A stretch of DNA of 64,000 nucleotides from a virus (Duplodnaviria; Caudoviricetes): IMG/VR virus record IMGVR_UViG_3300009314_000001. One strand, given 5' to 3'. Below, piece by piece: positions 47,398 to 58,286 of this stretch. A program made the position numbers and the translations under genes. Below the pieces are notes generated by a model. It worked only from the letters and a program-made list of their open reading frames with translations. It was not told where the DNA came from and did no database searches. Within the stretch, counting starts at the first letter, position 1. Every line of letters starts with the position of its first letter.

Positions 47398-48993
47398 TTA
47401 CAAATTCGAGACCGTTACGGTGGCATAGTAAAGACCCCCATCCTCGATGAGTTTCTTCCCATATCGAGTCATGATCCCCTTGTTGGGGGTGAACGAGTTG
47501 GGATCGAGGACTGTTGGCGTGCTCAGGAGCGGGATGTATGGGGCGTAGAAGTAGCCCGCATCCAGGACTGAGTTGCCTTTGAAGCCCATGAGAATCTTGC
47601 AGTTGGGGAACAGCGGATCCTTGTAGATCTTCATCTTGCCTTGGATCGTGCCGATGTTCATGATCCCGATGTCGACACCCTCGGTCGTGAACGCGTCGCT
47701 CGCTCGGAAGTCATTCAACTGCTCGAACTTCGAGCAGATATCGGCGGACATCACCATCCAGTTGGCAGGACCTCGCAAGGTGGTCCTATGGATGATGTTG
47801 GCCACTTCAAGGACTTTATACATCAAGGCGATGTTGCGGTCCGTGAAGTTCACCGAAGCACCAGCGGCCGTAGCGAAGTTGTGGTCCGCTCGGATGGCTG
47901 CCGCGATTATCAAGTCGTTGATGATTTCACGATCGATTTCCGCGACCATCTCATCGGCCATCAGGTCGGTGAGGGTGGACTCGGCGTCGATGTTGTGAAC
48001 CGACTTGAGGTCTTGAGCGGCCTCTAGTGACCAGCTCGTCTTCAGCTTACGAGTAATGGCTGCCACCGAATCGCTGTCGATGCTCAGCGTGACTTCGGGC
48101 TGGAAGGGATTCGCCTCGAGGTCGTACTCGTAATTAACCCGTGCCACTGCTCCGGCGGGTAGTGTACCGGCACTCAGCGTGATCTGAACGGCACCGGTCG
48201 TGTGGTCAAACGCGGTAGCACCAGTCGTGGTGTCGTCGACCGTGATCGTGTCGGTGAAGTTCGTGCAGTCACCGTAGATGATGACGTCCGGATTGCCGTC
48301 TGCATCGAAGCTGACGCGTAGGCAGGGTACTGCTTCTTCACAGTCCGGATTGGCTTCTGCGGCCGTCTCGAAGGCCTCGACAACCACCGTTCCTGCCAGG
48401 ACTGGTCGGTGTGCCAGAGTAGCGGCAATAACCGTGCCACCAGAAACCGTTGCGTCTTCACCGCGTACTTCTTGCGAGCTGTAGTACGGGTCCAGAGCCC
48501 AACCGTTCTGCCTTGAGAACGTCTGGGCCGTGTTTTGACGCATGATCTGGGTGCCAGCAACCGTCTGGCCCTTCGTCAGGGCGTAACGGTATCTGATGTA
48601 GAAGATCAGACTGGCCGGTTGGCTCATCGGCTGGACGCCAACGAGGTTGTCCGCAATCAGCTTCGGATACGATTTGCGGATAAGGGGTAACGCGAAACGG
48701 GTGAAGTCCGCGATGTTGGCCGTCGTCGTCTGGTCTTCCAGAATGACGCTTCTGTTCTCGGGATTCCAGGTATTGAACTGGTTCTCGAGAATACTTGCCA
48801 TCAGGCCGAATTTTTTCTGCGGCACTTCACGGCATTTGCTTAGGACCGGACTCCACTTGCCCACGAGTCGGTTTTTCTTACCTTCGTGGATGATCGCTGC
48901 TTTGTGGAGATCTGTTTCTTCGGTGATTGGGCGGCGACCTTGGCCGCGTCCCTCGGTAATGTGTCTGCGACGCTTTTGGCGCGTAGGAAGCAT
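47398..48993 (-). CDS. major capsid protein (T4 gp23-like)
   Basis: LPLIRKSYPKLIADNLVGVQPMSQPASLIFY, RKLKTSWSLEAAQDL..H.IDAE, EIDREII, GYFYAPYIP. Confidence 0.97.
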   Translation of the reverse strand: MLPTRQKRRRHITEGRGQGRRPITEETDLHKAAIIHEGKKNRLVGKWSPVLSKCREVPQKKFGLMASILENQFNTWNPENRSVILEDQTTTANIADFTRFALPLIRKSYPKLIADNLVGVQPMSQPASLIFYIRYRYALTKGQTVAGTQIMRQNTAQTFSRQNGWALDPYYSSQEVRGEDATVSGGTVIAATLAHRPVLAGTVVVEAFETAAEANPDCEEAVPCLRVSFDADGNPDVIIYGDCTNFTDTITVDDTTTGATAFDHTTGAVQITLSAGTLPAGAVARVNYEYDLEANPFQPEVTLSIDSDSVAAITRKLKTSWSLEAAQDLKSVHNIDAESTLTDLMADEMVAEIDREIINDLIIAAAIRADHNFATAAGASVNFTDRNIALMYKVLEVANIIHRTTLRGPANWMVMSADICSKFEQLNDFRASDAFTTEGVDIGIMNIGTIQGKMKIYKDPLFPNCKILMGFKGNSVLDAGYFYAPYIPLLSTPTVLDPNSFTPNKGIMTRYGKKLIEDGGLYYATVTVSNL

Positions 48994-49045
48994 GAGTATG
49001 CCCTCCGGTTAAGTTACTAGATATTGTCGAAATTTTCGATCCGTA

Positions 49046-49771
49046 TTAGACCAGATCCTCTGACATCTGATCGGCGATACCGTCAACGGTATACGTGTCA
49101 CCGTTGCCACCACCGGTTGTTTGCGGCTCTGTCCGCCTTGCCGGTGGTTTAGGATCTTGGTTCTCGAGGATTGTTGCCCGTGTCGAGACCGGCTTTCCGC
49201 CTCGGCGTCTCTCGTCAATTCGTCGCTTACCCTTCTTCTTGGGGCGTTGGCGACTTTCGCTGAGATTACCAGACTTCAACCGTGCCATTTCGGTGGTCAA
49301 TCGACGATTGTCCTTGAGGACTTTTTCGGCGATTGCGGTTTGACGGTTGGCTGTCTCGACGGCTTTCTTCCGTTCCTCGTTCGCCAAATGGATCTGCTTT
49401 TTCGCTTTTTCGACAATGGCTGTAGATTGTCCGTTGGTCCCGCCATCGGTTGTTAAGCCGGATAGCATTTCTGTAATGCTTCGCAGCTTGGCGAGGGCTT
49501 CGGACTCACTAAGGGCCGACTGCTTGACGAGCTGAGCCTCAATGGCTGCTCCCTTAGCTTCGCAGAAGATTTGGAGGCGACGAGCGAGCTCACGTTTGTG
49601 AGTCTCGGTTTCCTCTAAGCAGACCTTCTTGGCCTGCTCAACTTTGGCTGAGAATTCCTTCTCATATTGCTCACGAAGAGTACCTTTGTACTTCTCTAGG
49701 CTCTCACAGATTTGGGCAGCGAGCTCTTCAGAAACACCTGCTTTTTGAAGTAAGGCCTTGATTTTGTCCAT
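49046..49771 (-). CDS. prohead scaffolding protein (gp22-like)
   Basis: Coiled-coil protein between protease and capsid genes; GAGGAG before ATG 49771. Confidence 0.7.
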   Translation of the reverse strand: MDKIKALLQKAGVSEELAAQICESLEKYKGTLREQYEKEFSAKVEQAKKVCLEETETHKRELARRLQIFCEAKGAAIEAQLVKQSALSESEALAKLRSITEMLSGLTTDGGTNGQSTAIVEKAKKQIHLANEERKKAVETANRQTAIAEKVLKDNRRLTTEMARLKSGNLSESRQRPKKKGKRRIDERRRGGKPVSTRATILENQDPKPPARRTEPQTTGGGNGDTYTVDGIADQMSEDLV

Positions 49772-49843
49772 CGTATTACTCCTCACGAGTTCCCGTTATT
49801 CGCAATTATATTTGAATGGAAATCCTAGTTATTACTGAAATAG

Positions 49844-50563
49844 TTACAGACCAAAGAAAGCATCAATTTCCTTGACCAGCATCTTCTGATACACCTCAGG
49901 ACTGAATCTACTACGACTTCTGCGAACAGGACTAAGTCGCTTATTCAGACTTTCAGTAATATTCAAAATTGCCCCACCCACTGAGGGTTCGGCAACCGCA
50001 TCCCACGTAACAAAAGCATAACCAGGCATTACACGATAGGTCTCATGACCACCCTGTTCCTGGACCTCCATGTCCCCGACACCACGCGAAGAAATTCCTA
50101 CCCGGACCTTATGCTCAAATAATCCACGAAGCATCGCCCCACAAGGTAACAAATGGAGTACCTCAGCCTCACCATAGACCTTCTTACCCTCCATCCAGAC
50201 CTTAGTGATCAAATGGCTAGCACGATCAAGATGGATCTTAGCATCAGCAGGGTGATCATATTCACCCATTACCGCACGTGCAGTAATATCCTCCTGAATC
50301 TGATTTACCGCTGGAGCCAAAACATCCCTAGTCGGATAGAATCGACCGTTAGCATTCTCCTTATCACCCAATTGGAACAGACCAGTTACTCTCGTAAGTG
50401 GTTGCTGTTGACCATTAATATCCTCAACAACAGTCTTCTGGTCAAGGACTTCAAACGGGTGAGTGTCCTGAATAAGCTGATAACCGGTGGGTACTATACC
50501 AGTTTCAGCTATCAAGCCACGGTTAAAGAGCGGTCTTGTAGCGCTTCTTGTGGGAAGAACCAT
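49844..50563 (-). CDS. prohead protease (T4 gp21-like)
   Basis: NANGRFYP, GEYDHP, ASHLIT, VGISSRGVG, TWDAVAEPS. Confidence 0.93.
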   Translation of the reverse strand: MVLPTRSATRPLFNRGLIAETGIVPTGYQLIQDTHPFEVLDQKTVVEDINGQQQPLTRVTGLFQLGDKENANGRFYPTRDVLAPAVNQIQEDITARAVMGEYDHPADAKIHLDRASHLITKVWMEGKKVYGEAEVLHLLPCGAMLRGLFEHKVRVGISSRGVGDMEVQEQGGHETYRVMPGYAFVTWDAVAEPSVGGAILNITESLNKRLSPVRRSRSRFSPEVYQKMLVKEIDAFFGL

Positions 50564-53500
50564 TATTTGTCACTCTGTGATTTCGCGGTTGGTGGTTTCG
50601 TTCCGCTACCGTCGTCAACCTTCAGATCCGGACCGATAGAATCGAGTTTATCATCGGTCTTACCGGTCATCTTGTGGGCTGGCATGTCACGCTTATTATC
50701 CTTGACATGCTTGGTATACTTCGAACTCTGAGGGCTGGTAACATCCTTATCCTCGAACTGCTCCTCCTCCGGAGCAGGAGCAGCCGGTTGTGCAGGCTGG
50801 GCGGGAGCGGCAGCCGGTTGTGGAGCAGCATTAGGATCGACCGGGGCAGCCGCAGGCTCAGCACCCATCTCAGCACCAGCCTCACCACCCAATTCACCAG
50901 CACCCTCAAAGTCCGGCATCTCCTCACCAGGCAGGCCCGCTTCCTCGGCTCCCGGTTCCTCAACTTCCATCGAATCTACCGGAGCCATCTCCTCTTCGCC
51001 GCCTTCCAGGCCTTCCTCACCTTCCAAGCCTTCCATGCCTTCCATGCCTTCGTCGCCAACCTCGCCCACACCAACGTCGTCAGTTACCTCCACCTGAATT
51101 TGCCCATCAGGAGTAGTAGTAATCTTGGCCATAGCCTCTTTCAAGGCCCTATCTTCGGCATCTGAAACTGGTCTAAGCTGCTCAATTGATTCCGATAACC
51201 AAGCAGCAAACCGGTCCGGATTACCATCTTTAGTTAACCCTGCAGCAGCAAAAGCATCATGATATAGCTGCTCAGGAACTGGAATTTCTAGAGCACCATC
51301 TTCGCTAAGGATAACCGGTTTCAGTTCCTCGTTGATCCCTCCATGGTCGAAAATAAATCCAACACCATTAATGGAACCGGCAACCGCATCATCTTGAGCC
51401 TCACCCCACTTCAGAGCTGATTCATTCTTAAGCTCTCGAGGCTTATAAGCAGTCTTCTTGAAGCCTCTGCCACGGATTCTCGGACCCTTGAATTGGTCTT
51501 CGACGAAATCATCTTCGTCCTCGTCGTCTCCTCCGTCATCTCCTCCTTCGTCATCATCAGAACCAAACGGAGGAGCAGCACCTGGGAATGGTTTATCGCT
51601 CTCTTCGATATATGACTCGACAACTTGTTCAAGAGCCCTACCGATCTTTCCATTAGGAATTCTTAGGCCAATAGCCTTAATGCCAGCTCTGGCCATACTC
51701 TCGAGACTTTCCTCGAGCTTCTTACCTTCAAGACCGTGCTCTTCAGCAAGCTTATTCATTATAGCGACAATTCGCCTCATATCCTTATCATCAGTAATCA
51801 CGGGCGAACCATACTCACTCAAGGTCATATTTTCGGCAAGTCTGACTCCAGCATTCAAAGCGTAAGGATCGAGGCTCTCGTCGAGATCCTCATCGTCATC
51901 GAAGTCCGGCATATCATCGTCGCCTTCAGGCTTCATTTCAGCGTGGATCGGCCGCGATTCCCTAAGGGCTTTTCTTCGCCTCTTGCCTTCACCGAGTCCA
52001 CCGCCGCCAAGAAGATCGGCCAGCTCACCACCTGCCTCTTCGCCGCCCAGGCCACCAAGTTCTTCCTCTTCGCCACCTAGACCGCCAAGTTCCTCTTCCT
52101 CACCGCCTAGACCGCCAAGCTCTTCCTCAGCACCAAGCTCCTCCCCACCAAGGGCTTCTTCCTCTGCACCACCACTACTTCCACCAACTTGGACTAATGG
52201 TGCATTAATATTGATGACTGGTGCACCACTTTCACCGCCACCAGCATCAACTGCTCCTAATTCACCGAGTTGTTCAGCCAGGCTCTTTTCGGGCTGACCT
52301 GGGATTTGGTCGAAGTTGGCGAGTGTCTCGTTGGCCGCCAATTCCTCTTGAATGGTAGCAATCAAGTCCTCGGCTTCGTAGATGGCCGCATCGTCAAATT
52401 TCGGATCTTTCAATCTGACAATGAGATTGTCCAGCTTACTGGCCAATTCATGGGATTCCTTGATTCGCGGAGTCTTCGTCCGTAGAACTTCCAGGGTAGT
52501 TGCTAAGGCCTCGGCAGCCACCTCACGATTAGAGATAGCTTCGAAGATAAGCTCTAGGAATTTGTTGTAGGCCGCTTCGAAGTTCTTGGATTCACTCAGG
52601 ATTTGGACATTCTCTGCCAGTACTGGGTGTTCGGCCTTTTTCGCGATGTTTCGCCATTCCGCAACTATTTTATTCTTATTCACACGCATGTTCGTGCGAT
52701 GGAATAGTGTAGCGGTGTCATTGCATAATGCCTGATTGAATATGGCGTGTGTCGCCATGGCATTCTCGACCAACGTCTGGGCTTGGGCTCGCGTCAGAAG
52801 GGTAAATTCCTCCATTTCATCTAAGAACGGAGATATGAACTTGACCGCTTCTTCGATATTCCCTTCCGAGATCATACCAGCGATAGCATGGATTCGATTC
52901 TGGAAGCCTTCAGACATATATGCACTAGTCGCGGCTTCTCGCATTCTCTTCGCGACCAATTTTCTAGCAGCCCATTTGGTTACCGGGAGTTTGACAGGAC
53001 TACCATCGTTGAACGTAGCTGACGTCACCTGTCCGTTTTCAACAATAACCTGGTCTTGGAGACCTTCAACAATTGCCGCTATTAGCCGTGGTCGCACCGA
53101 TTCATCCAGAATATTCTGTGTCTGGACTTTGATATGGCGTCGTACGCCGTCTCGGCATTGGACCATGCCAGAAAATGGTACTGAACGACCTGAGAAGCGA
53201 TGCTTCTTCATGGTATTAAACATGGCAGCCATGCCTCGTTGGTCGTTCTCTTCGATGGCGTTGACAAGCTTCATACAAGTATCCTCGAATACTTGCTGCT
53301 TCTCCTTCTCGAAGATATCCACCGGCCGGATGTTAGAGATGGTAACCTTGCTATCACCACTGTACTCGGCCAGGTAATACTGATTGGTATCAACATCCTC
53401 GAAGAAGAGGTCCGCATCACGTAGAGCTACTAGCTGCCAATTCTTGCCAGCCTTCCGCCCCATTTTCTTGATACGGCTCTCGAAGGACGTTACCTTTGCC

Positions 53501-53586
53501 TGAGCAGAAGTGTTCAAGGCTCCCAGAAACTTTCGGCTGTCCATTTTTACCACCGGATCAGCCACAGCAGTCTGATTTTGAGCCAT
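50563..53586 (-). CDS. 1007-aa acidic putative prohead core/inner-head protein
   Basis: Directly upstream of the protease; E/G-rich repeats, many LxE sites, KPFPGAAPP motif. Confidence 0.7.
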   Translation of the reverse strand: MAQNQTAVADPVVKMDSRKFLGALNTSAQAKVTSFESRIKKMGRKAGKNWQLVALRDADLFFEDVDTNQYYLAEYSGDSKVTISNIRPVDIFEKEKQQVFEDTCMKLVNAIEENDQRGMAAMFNTMKKHRFSGRSVPFSGMVQCRDGVRRHIKVQTQNILDESVRPRLIAAIVEGLQDQVIVENGQVTSATFNDGSPVKLPVTKWAARKLVAKRMREAATSAYMSEGFQNRIHAIAGMISEGNIEEAVKFISPFLDEMEEFTLLTRAQAQTLVENAMATHAIFNQALCNDTATLFHRTNMRVNKNKIVAEWRNIAKKAEHPVLAENVQILSESKNFEAAYNKFLELIFEAISNREVAAEALATTLEVLRTKTPRIKESHELASKLDNLIVRLKDPKFDDAAIYEAEDLIATIQEELAANETLANFDQIPGQPEKSLAEQLGELGAVDAGGGESGAPVININAPLVQVGGSSGGAEEEALGGEELGAEEELGGLGGEEEELGGLGGEEEELGGLGGEEAGGELADLLGGGGLGEGKRRRKALRESRPIHAEMKPEGDDDMPDFDDDEDLDESLDPYALNAGVRLAENMTLSEYGSPVITDDKDMRRIVAIMNKLAEEHGLEGKKLEESLESMARAGIKAIGLRIPNGKIGRALEQVVESYIEESDKPFPGAAPPFGSDDDEGGDDGGDDEDEDDFVEDQFKGPRIRGRGFKKTAYKPRELKNESALKWGEAQDDAVAGSINGVGFIFDHGGINEELKPVILSEDGALEIPVPEQLYHDAFAAAGLTKDGNPDRFAAWLSESIEQLRPVSDAEDRALKEAMAKITTTPDGQIQVEVTDDVGVGEVGDEGMEGMEGLEGEEGLEGGEEEMAPVDSMEVEEPGAEEAGLPGEEMPDFEGAGELGGEAGAEMGAEPAAAPVDPNAAPQPAAAPAQPAQPAAPAPEEEQFEDKDVTSPQSSKYTKHVKDNKRDMPAHKMTGKTDDKLDSIGPDLKVDDGSGTKPPTAKSQSDK

Positions 53587-53645
53587 CGAAGATACTCCTA
53601 AGCACGTTATGGGTTATTGTGATATCTAGCTACTAGTAATTTTGA

Positions 53646-54203
53646 TTAAACCATTTTATCCCAATAATCACCGACAGCTTTAGCGAATTCTTTTCTGGTC
53701 TCAAATTGCTCTCTAGCGGCATTAATATTAAACCATAAATCTTCAGCTCTATATTCTGCTTGTGATCTATTAGTAATATGCATACCAGGCCTCTGTAGAA
53801 TCATCATAGCATCATGTACTGAAGACGGAGGCGATTCACCATAATGTGTTTGCATATGGAACTCTAGTGTCTCTGGATCTACATGTTCTTCTTCGTCCTT
53901 TGTTTCCACTTCTGTACTATCTGGCCAAAATGCCTCTTCATACCCATCGTTGTAGCTGATAATATACCATACTTTATCTCCAGCCCCTACAATAGGTCTT
54001 TTTATTTCCGATCTAGGCATCTCCCTGACAGCTGCGACATCCTCATAAGATCTAGATGCCAATATTTTATGTTGAACTATAGTAGGTAATTCCAAAAAAG
54101 TAATAGATTGCCCTCCAGGACCGCGCAATTCAGCATCCTGCATAGCTTTAGAAAATCTTTCATCTGGGTCAAGGTCACGACTATATATTTCGTTTATTCT
54201 CAT
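53646..54203 (-). CDS. hypothetical protein (leader MRINE)
   Basis: 185-aa ORF, ATGA-coupled to the portal stop. Confidence 0.7.
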   Translation of the reverse strand: MRINEIYSRDLDPDERFSKAMQDAELRGPGGQSITFLELPTIVQHKILASRSYEDVAAVREMPRSEIKRPIVGAGDKVWYIISYNDGYEEAFWPDSTEVETKDEEEHVDPETLEFHMQTHYGESPPSSVHDAMMILQRPGMHITNRSQAEYRAEDLWFNINAAREQFETRKEFAKAVGDYWDKMV

Positions 54204-56134
54204 AATTCACTGACCTCTACAAGGTCTTCTTCAGTAATCTCTTCATTCTCATCCGTAATAGTTGGATTAGTCTGCATTAGTATCTGCCTAACCTCATTTA
54301 TCACTTCCTCCCTCACATCAGAATCGACTGACCATTCGATCAGCAATTCCTCATCATTATTTGGATCATGAATTGTAGCGGGATCACCATTGCTCTCTGA
54401 AATATCAGGAGGACCAGTGGCACTAAGTCCATCTAGTTCATTAGAATTAAGCATATAATCATATCCGCTCAATTCCTCCCTATCCTCCCTCACTAATGGC
54501 TTACCAAGTCTCTGAGCCCACCTTTCAACAATAGTCCTGACTTCCCGCTCGCGGCCCTGCTTCTTCATCTCAAGCAATAAATTTCTTTCTGCCTTATAAT
54601 CATATCCATCAATCATCTCGATGGGATTCTCCTCCTCTTCCTCTCCCCCTTCTTCACCTCCCATCTCTTCACCGCCCAAATCAAGACCTTCTTCTTCGCC
54701 ACCTTCCTCCATTCCCAGATCAGGACCTGGCATCCCACCTCCAGGGCCACCTTCATTAGCCTCCGTTTCCATATCCTTCAATTCTTCTATCTCATCAGGT
54801 GACAAATCAGTGAAATGAGTAACTATCCACTCCTTCGGGAACCACCCCAAATCCTTAAGATCGGCCATCACACCAACCCTAGTCTGCCACGTCTCAATCC
54901 GATATAATTCCTCCATAGCAGATGTGGCAGTAAGAGCAATCTCAAATCCTCGCAAGTCCTCGACAGAGTAACCACGCAATGCCAAATGGACTAAGCCAAT
55001 CTTTGTAAGTCCCGTAGAAACCTCTCGTTGTACCCATTGAACCGCTTTGGCAAATTCAGAATGTGACTGAGATAATGATTTCTCACTAGCTTCCCCAGCA
55101 CCCTCACCAATTCCTACTCTGGCATAAGGAATCTTGGTGGGAGCTATCATCTTTTTCTTGAAGTACTCGATATCAGCAATTTGGTCGAGGTTTTCCGCAC
55201 CTGGTAAGGTCTCGATATCTGGACCACTACCATCAGCTCGTCTCGGTAGCAAGAAGTCATCTTCTTGGATTAGCGGAGAATATCTCTCATCGAACGTCCC
55301 AGTAGTAGGATTATAGAAGCGCTGCCTCTTATAATTCCTAGCAATCATCTGCATATATTCTGGAACTTCTTTTGGCGGGATCAAACCGACTGGGATAATA
55401 AACTTACGTTTTTCAGGTGCTCTAGTGATTCTGTAGATGAGTGCTGCATCTTCCATCAACCGCAATTGTTTGAAGGCTTTACGTCCACCATCAAGGATAG
55501 ATCTACCATATGGGTGATAAATATTCTCAAAACTGGTCAAACGGAGATGCATAACTTGCCATGGATGCATAAATTGTGGTTGTGGGTATAATGCATCCTG
55601 GAAGAAGAATCCCACAAGATCACCAAATCGTGTTTCAATTCTGGTGAAGTTGTAGACGTTCATGAACCGCAAAGACGATATACCATCTCTTTCCGTAGTA
55701 GGAACAATTTCAAATGGCAGATCACCATATTTGCATAGATAACGTATAGATGGGCGGCAATACGTATCCCAAAGCAATGTATCAAAGAATAAGTATTCTA
55801 ATTCTTTTTTCAACCGCTTGTTGCGAGCCCTAATGATTATTGTGTGTTTTCTCTCAGGGTCTACAAGACTCCCCTCATCAGCATAGAGGTCTAGGGCGAG
55901 ACTTATCTCACCCATCTGATCCATTTGTTCGTAATCTTTATATCTCTCCAGTCTATTAATCTGCAAATTCGTCTGGTCTAGAATCGCTGATTGCGCATTA
56001 AAGTCCAGGAATTCCCCGCCAACTACGAGTCGATCAAGACTAGATTGGTCTTGTAAGACTCTTTCCGCTTGGAATATGCTGTGTTGGCGTGCTAGTGCAC
56101 GAACTCTATCGAAGACTAACCAATTAGTAGGCAT
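54200..56134 (-). CDS. portal protein (T4 gp20-like)
   Basis: KQLRLMEDAALIYRITRAPEKR, IQEDDFLLPRR..G..IETLPGAENL, IEYFKKK; acidic tail. Confidence 0.95.
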   Translation of the reverse strand: MPTNWLVFDRVRALARQHSIFQAERVLQDQSSLDRLVVGGEFLDFNAQSAILDQTNLQINRLERYKDYEQMDQMGEISLALDLYADEGSLVDPERKHTIIIRARNKRLKKELEYLFFDTLLWDTYCRPSIRYLCKYGDLPFEIVPTTERDGISSLRFMNVYNFTRIETRFGDLVGFFFQDALYPQPQFMHPWQVMHLRLTSFENIYHPYGRSILDGGRKAFKQLRLMEDAALIYRITRAPEKRKFIIPVGLIPPKEVPEYMQMIARNYKRQRFYNPTTGTFDERYSPLIQEDDFLLPRRADGSGPDIETLPGAENLDQIADIEYFKKKMIAPTKIPYARVGIGEGAGEASEKSLSQSHSEFAKAVQWVQREVSTGLTKIGLVHLALRGYSVEDLRGFEIALTATSAMEELYRIETWQTRVGVMADLKDLGWFPKEWIVTHFTDLSPDEIEELKDMETEANEGGPGGGMPGPDLGMEEGGEEEGLDLGGEEMGGEEGGEEEEENPIEMIDGYDYKAERNLLLEMKKQGREREVRTIVERWAQRLGKPLVREDREELSGYDYMLNSNELDGLSATGPPDISESNGDPATIHDPNNDEELLIEWSVDSDVREEVINEVRQILMQTNPTITDENEEITEEDLVEVSEL

Positions 56135-56373
56135 AGGTAGAGACCTCACAATATATACAGCAAGAGTGCTATTTTAATATTTGAAGAGTCACTACTAATA
56201 GCTTACGAATTCTAAGTGTTAAGAAGCAAATATCCGAAAGTAAATATAACCAAATGCTAGGAAATGGAAAGGCCCTAATTTCCCACACAAGATAGTTATA
56301 GGTGTATTCCGGAAAATTCTAGCGTATTATGGATGCAGCGATTTGTTTCCTTCCTTTAGCTTGGAGAGACGTC

Positions 56374-56706
56374 ATGAGTGTTGCGGTTCCTTCAGATGGG
56401 TCGGTTCAGAAAATGTTCGAAGCTTTCTTGACTGATTTCGACACCTTGTCGGACGCCAAAATCAAGAAAGCAATAACTTGGTTCTCAGAAGCCAAAGAGA
56501 ATGGTAGAGAACGTTTAGACGACGTTAATCTTCCATTACTCGTTAAGGTCGGAGCCAAGTTCTACGAAAGGTACGGTGACAAGGCTAAAGACACACCACC
56601 TGCAGTAATCAAGAAGTACATGTATATTAAATTACTGCAAGGTAAGACCTCTTGGGAGAAGAAATGCCAATCTCCTCCTAGCACAGATCCGAAGCCTTGG
56701 GACTAA
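56374..56706 (+). CDS. hypothetical protein
   Basis: GGAGAG before ATG 56374. Confidence 0.6.
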   Translation: MSVAVPSDGSVQKMFEAFLTDFDTLSDAKIKKAITWFSEAKENGRERLDDVNLPLLVKVGAKFYERYGDKAKDTPPAVIKKYMYIKLLQGKTSWEKKCQSPPSTDPKPWD

Positions 56707-56750
56707 CCAACCTCTGGATCAAGGCCCCTGACCCCGACCAGGGGTTCATT

Positions 56751-56778
56751 GGGCGGCCCAGACCTATCTGGGCCGCCC
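56751..56778 (+). terminator. 11-bp GC hairpin (probable terminator)
   Basis: GGGCGGCCCAG-ACCTAT-CTGGGCCGCCC. Confidence 0.6.
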
Positions 56779-56796
56779 TTACTGTATTGGACCAAC

Positions 56797-57522
56797 ATGG
56801 ATATCAACAAACTAATAACAGACAGAATAAACGGATTTCCAATTCAAATAGATTTTAGTTGTAGCCCCGCACTTACAACAATTGCTAAAAGAGCACATGA
56901 AGAAATAAGTAAACGAGCAAAAGTCGATAGAACAGATCTGAGATGGAGAAAGTACAGCAAAAAATACAGTCTTGAAGGGATTTCTGCTGAGATCGGGCTT
57001 ATATTATTAACTGCTACCGATTATCATAGGATGTTACGATATTGGTGGGCAGGCACCAAATCAGGTCGGAATTGCGGAAAGGATATACTAGCATACTATT
57101 ATGCAATAAATGGATTTCCAGGTCCCGACAAGGATATAGAAGTAAAATCAACAGCACATGCATTTAACAAAAGGACTGGTATTGTATATGTACGAGCACC
57201 ATATGGTACATTAGATTATGGTGATCCGTGTCCACCATGGGAATTCTGGGAAGAACACTTACCAGATTCATATTATTGTTCCCTAGAGCAACTAAAAGCA
57301 AGTAATCCATACGCTTTCAAATTTCATGGTTGGGCAACAAAAGAAATGTTCCGTAATAATTATTATGGAACGCATCCATATAATAACACTGCCCTAAGAA
57401 ATACACTCGATCCTTTCATACCAATGTATAATTCACGGCAAGGTTTACCAATAACAGGATTACATCATTCTCAACTAAATAGTCCTGAATCCTTCTTCGC
57501 TATGATTAGATCTCAAACATAA
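56797..57522 (+). CDS. hypothetical protein
   Basis: Start moved to MDINK, after the hairpin. Confidence 0.65.
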   Translation: MDINKLITDRINGFPIQIDFSCSPALTTIAKRAHEEISKRAKVDRTDLRWRKYSKKYSLEGISAEIGLILLTATDYHRMLRYWWAGTKSGRNCGKDILAYYYAINGFPGPDKDIEVKSTAHAFNKRTGIVYVRAPYGTLDYGDPCPPWEFWEEHLPDSYYCSLEQLKASNPYAFKFHGWATKEMFRNNYYGTHPYNNTALRNTLDPFIPMYNSRQGLPITGLHHSQLNSPESFFAMIRSQT

Positions 57523-57525
57523 TAT

Positions 57526-57846
57526 ATGAAAGTCACAGAAAGAATAGATCGCGTCCTAAAAGAACGAGAAGATCATGGATTACGAAATCTCGGCACTGGC
57601 TTCCGTGGAGGCGTAGCTACTACCACAGATAAGTATGAGAAAGCACTAGCTCAACAAGCTGGCAAAGATGAGAGCGTCAAAAAGCTCGTCAAGGAAGTTC
57701 AATCATCGCTAGAAAGATGTTCTGAATTAGCCGCAAAAGACCCTGAAATTCTAAAGGCATTCCTAAAACTAGTGAAGGCTACAGTCAACTCTGATGTGCT
57801 AAAAATTGCCGCTCATTACGTAGAAAATACAAAAAAGGAAGATTAA
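57526..57846 (+). CDS. hypothetical protein (leader ..IDRVLKE)
   Basis: 106-aa ORF. Confidence 0.65.
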   Translation: MKVTERIDRVLKEREDHGLRNLGTGFRGGVATTTDKYEKALAQQAGKDESVKKLVKEVQSSLERCSELAAKDPEILKAFLKLVKATVNSDVLKIAAHYVENTKKED

Positions 57847-58283
57847 TCTTTTAACTTCTCATATATCTCAGCAAATTCCTCAACGCTTGCTATACCTTTC
57901 TTCGATCCGATCTTGTATACCACTTGACCATCTTGGTAGATCCACTTAGCATTAGGAGATTTATATATTTTTGGGAATGGTAAATCAGGTTCCTCAGCTT
58001 CCTCATCATACTTACTGGTCATATTTTCTAAATAAAATTTCCAAAACTTTAAAGCAGCTTCTTTATCAACTAAATCAGCAAAATATCGATCATATATTTT
58101 AGCAAATTGTGCGGGATTTGCTGCCCCTGATTTAGATTTATCATCTACACGAACAACAAACGTAATCTCACCATCAACTCCTAAAAACCACTTCCCCCTC
58201 TCAGTAACACCCATTGGTGGGAAAGGAAGCTTTTTAAGATCCGTCATAGGACGGAGATCTTCGTTTATACAATGCAATTTCAT
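57843..58283 (-). CDS. hypothetical protein (leader MKLHCINE)
   Basis: 146-aa ORF downstream of terminase; two similar internal halves. Confidence 0.7.
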   Translation of the reverse strand: MKLHCINEDLRPMTDLKKLPFPPMGVTERGKWFLGVDGEITFVVRVDDKSKSGAANPAQFAKIYDRYFADLVDKEAALKFWKFYLENMTSKYDEEAEEPDLPFPKIYKSPNAKWIYQDGQVVYKIGSKKGIASVEEFAEIYEKLKD

Positions 58284-58286
58284 ACA

